Origin: a bacterium
GTDB lineage: Bacteria > Omnitrophota > Gorgyraeia > Velamenicoccales > JABMQK01
Length of the DNA: 25,009 nucleotides
Direction of reading: 5' to 3'
NCBI GenBank assembly: GCA_013203265.1
Contig: JABMQK010000209.1
Location: 1-25,009 of the forward strand
The position numbers were made by a program, and so were the translations under genes. Under the pieces are notes generated by a model, which was not told the DNA's origin, did no database searches, and saw only the letters and a list, made by a program, of their open reading frames with translations. Shown here in pieces: positions 24,506 to 25,009 of the stretch. Every line of letters begins with the position of its first letter. Within the stretch, counting starts at the first letter, position 1.

Positions 24506-25009
24506 ATGTCTAAAGTTTTTAAGGGCTCTATGGTTGCAATTGTTACACCTTTTTCCGCCTCTGGCGGAAAAGATTTGGTAGTTGATGAAAAGAAATTAAG
24601 AGAGTTGGTGAAATTTCAAATTGATAATGGCACTAGTGGGATTATTCCTTGTGGGACGACTGGAGAGTCTCCAACTTTAGACTATAATGAGCACGATAAG
24701 GTAATCGAGATTTGTATTGAAGTTGCCAAAGGAAAAATTCCTGTAATCGCTGGAACAGGGTCTAATTCTACTGACGAAGCGATTAGAATAACAAAACATG
24801 CTGCCAAGGCCGGAGCAGATGCATCATTGCAGGTTTCACCATACTATAATAAACCAACGCAGAAAGGTCTATATCTACATTTTAAAGCTATAGCTGATTC
24901 TGTTGATATTCCTATTATTCTTTATAATATTGCCGGACGCACAGGGGTAAATATTGAGCCAGAGACAATGGCAAAACTAGCACAGAATTGTAAAAATATC
25001 GTTGGTGTA
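24506..25009 (+). CDS. dapA: 4-hydroxy-tetrahydrodipicolinate synthase, 5' part (runs off the window; absent from the ORF track)
   Basis: Manual translation: MSKVFKGSMVAIVTPF...PCGTTGESPTL...IAGTGSNST...SPYYNKPTQKG...LYNIAGRTG; SD GGGGAG upstream. Confidence 0.97.
   Translation, partial: MSKVFKGSMVAIVTPFSASGGKDLVVDEKKLRELVKFQIDNGTSGIIPCGTTGESPTLDYNEHDKVIEICIEVAKGKIPVIAGTGSNSTDEAIRITKHAAKAGADASLQVSPYYNKPTQKGLYLHFKAIADSVDIPIILYNIAGRTGVNIEPETMAKLAQNCKNIVGV
24554..24568. repeat. 15-bp palindrome in frame inside dapA (encodes SASGG)
   Basis: TCCGCC-tct-GGCGGA between codons TTT (Phe16) and AAA (Lys). Confidence 0.75.

Overview
AT-rich bacterial housekeeping window in which all 28 genes lie on the + strand: rsmD-coaD-yceD(DUF177)-rpmF-plsX-fabD-fabG-acpP-fabF, then leuC-leuD-leuB-asd-[CPBP/Abi-family membrane protease]-truA, then rplM-rpsI, then argC-argJ-argB-argD-argF-argG-argH-lysA-dapF-dapA (dapA runs off the end). 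Gene order and protein style suggest an uncultured lineage such as Candidatus Omnitrophota; this is from memory and was not tested. No tRNA, rRNA, CRISPR array, transposase or phage gene is visible. The unusual content is a set of short palindromic elements. (1) A ~230-245 bp three-stem composite element occurs twice (1788-2032 and 24272-24501); each copy begins inside the upstream gene, contains its stop codon, and ends in the Shine-Dalgarno of the next gene. (2) Two REP-like hairpins share a target / inverted target / target signature. (3) Frame-preserving palindromes of 21 and 15 bp sit inside asd and dapA; the asd one is nested in a heptamer repeat array. At the protein level, LeuB carries an NADP-type (Lys-Tyr) coenzyme pocket motif.
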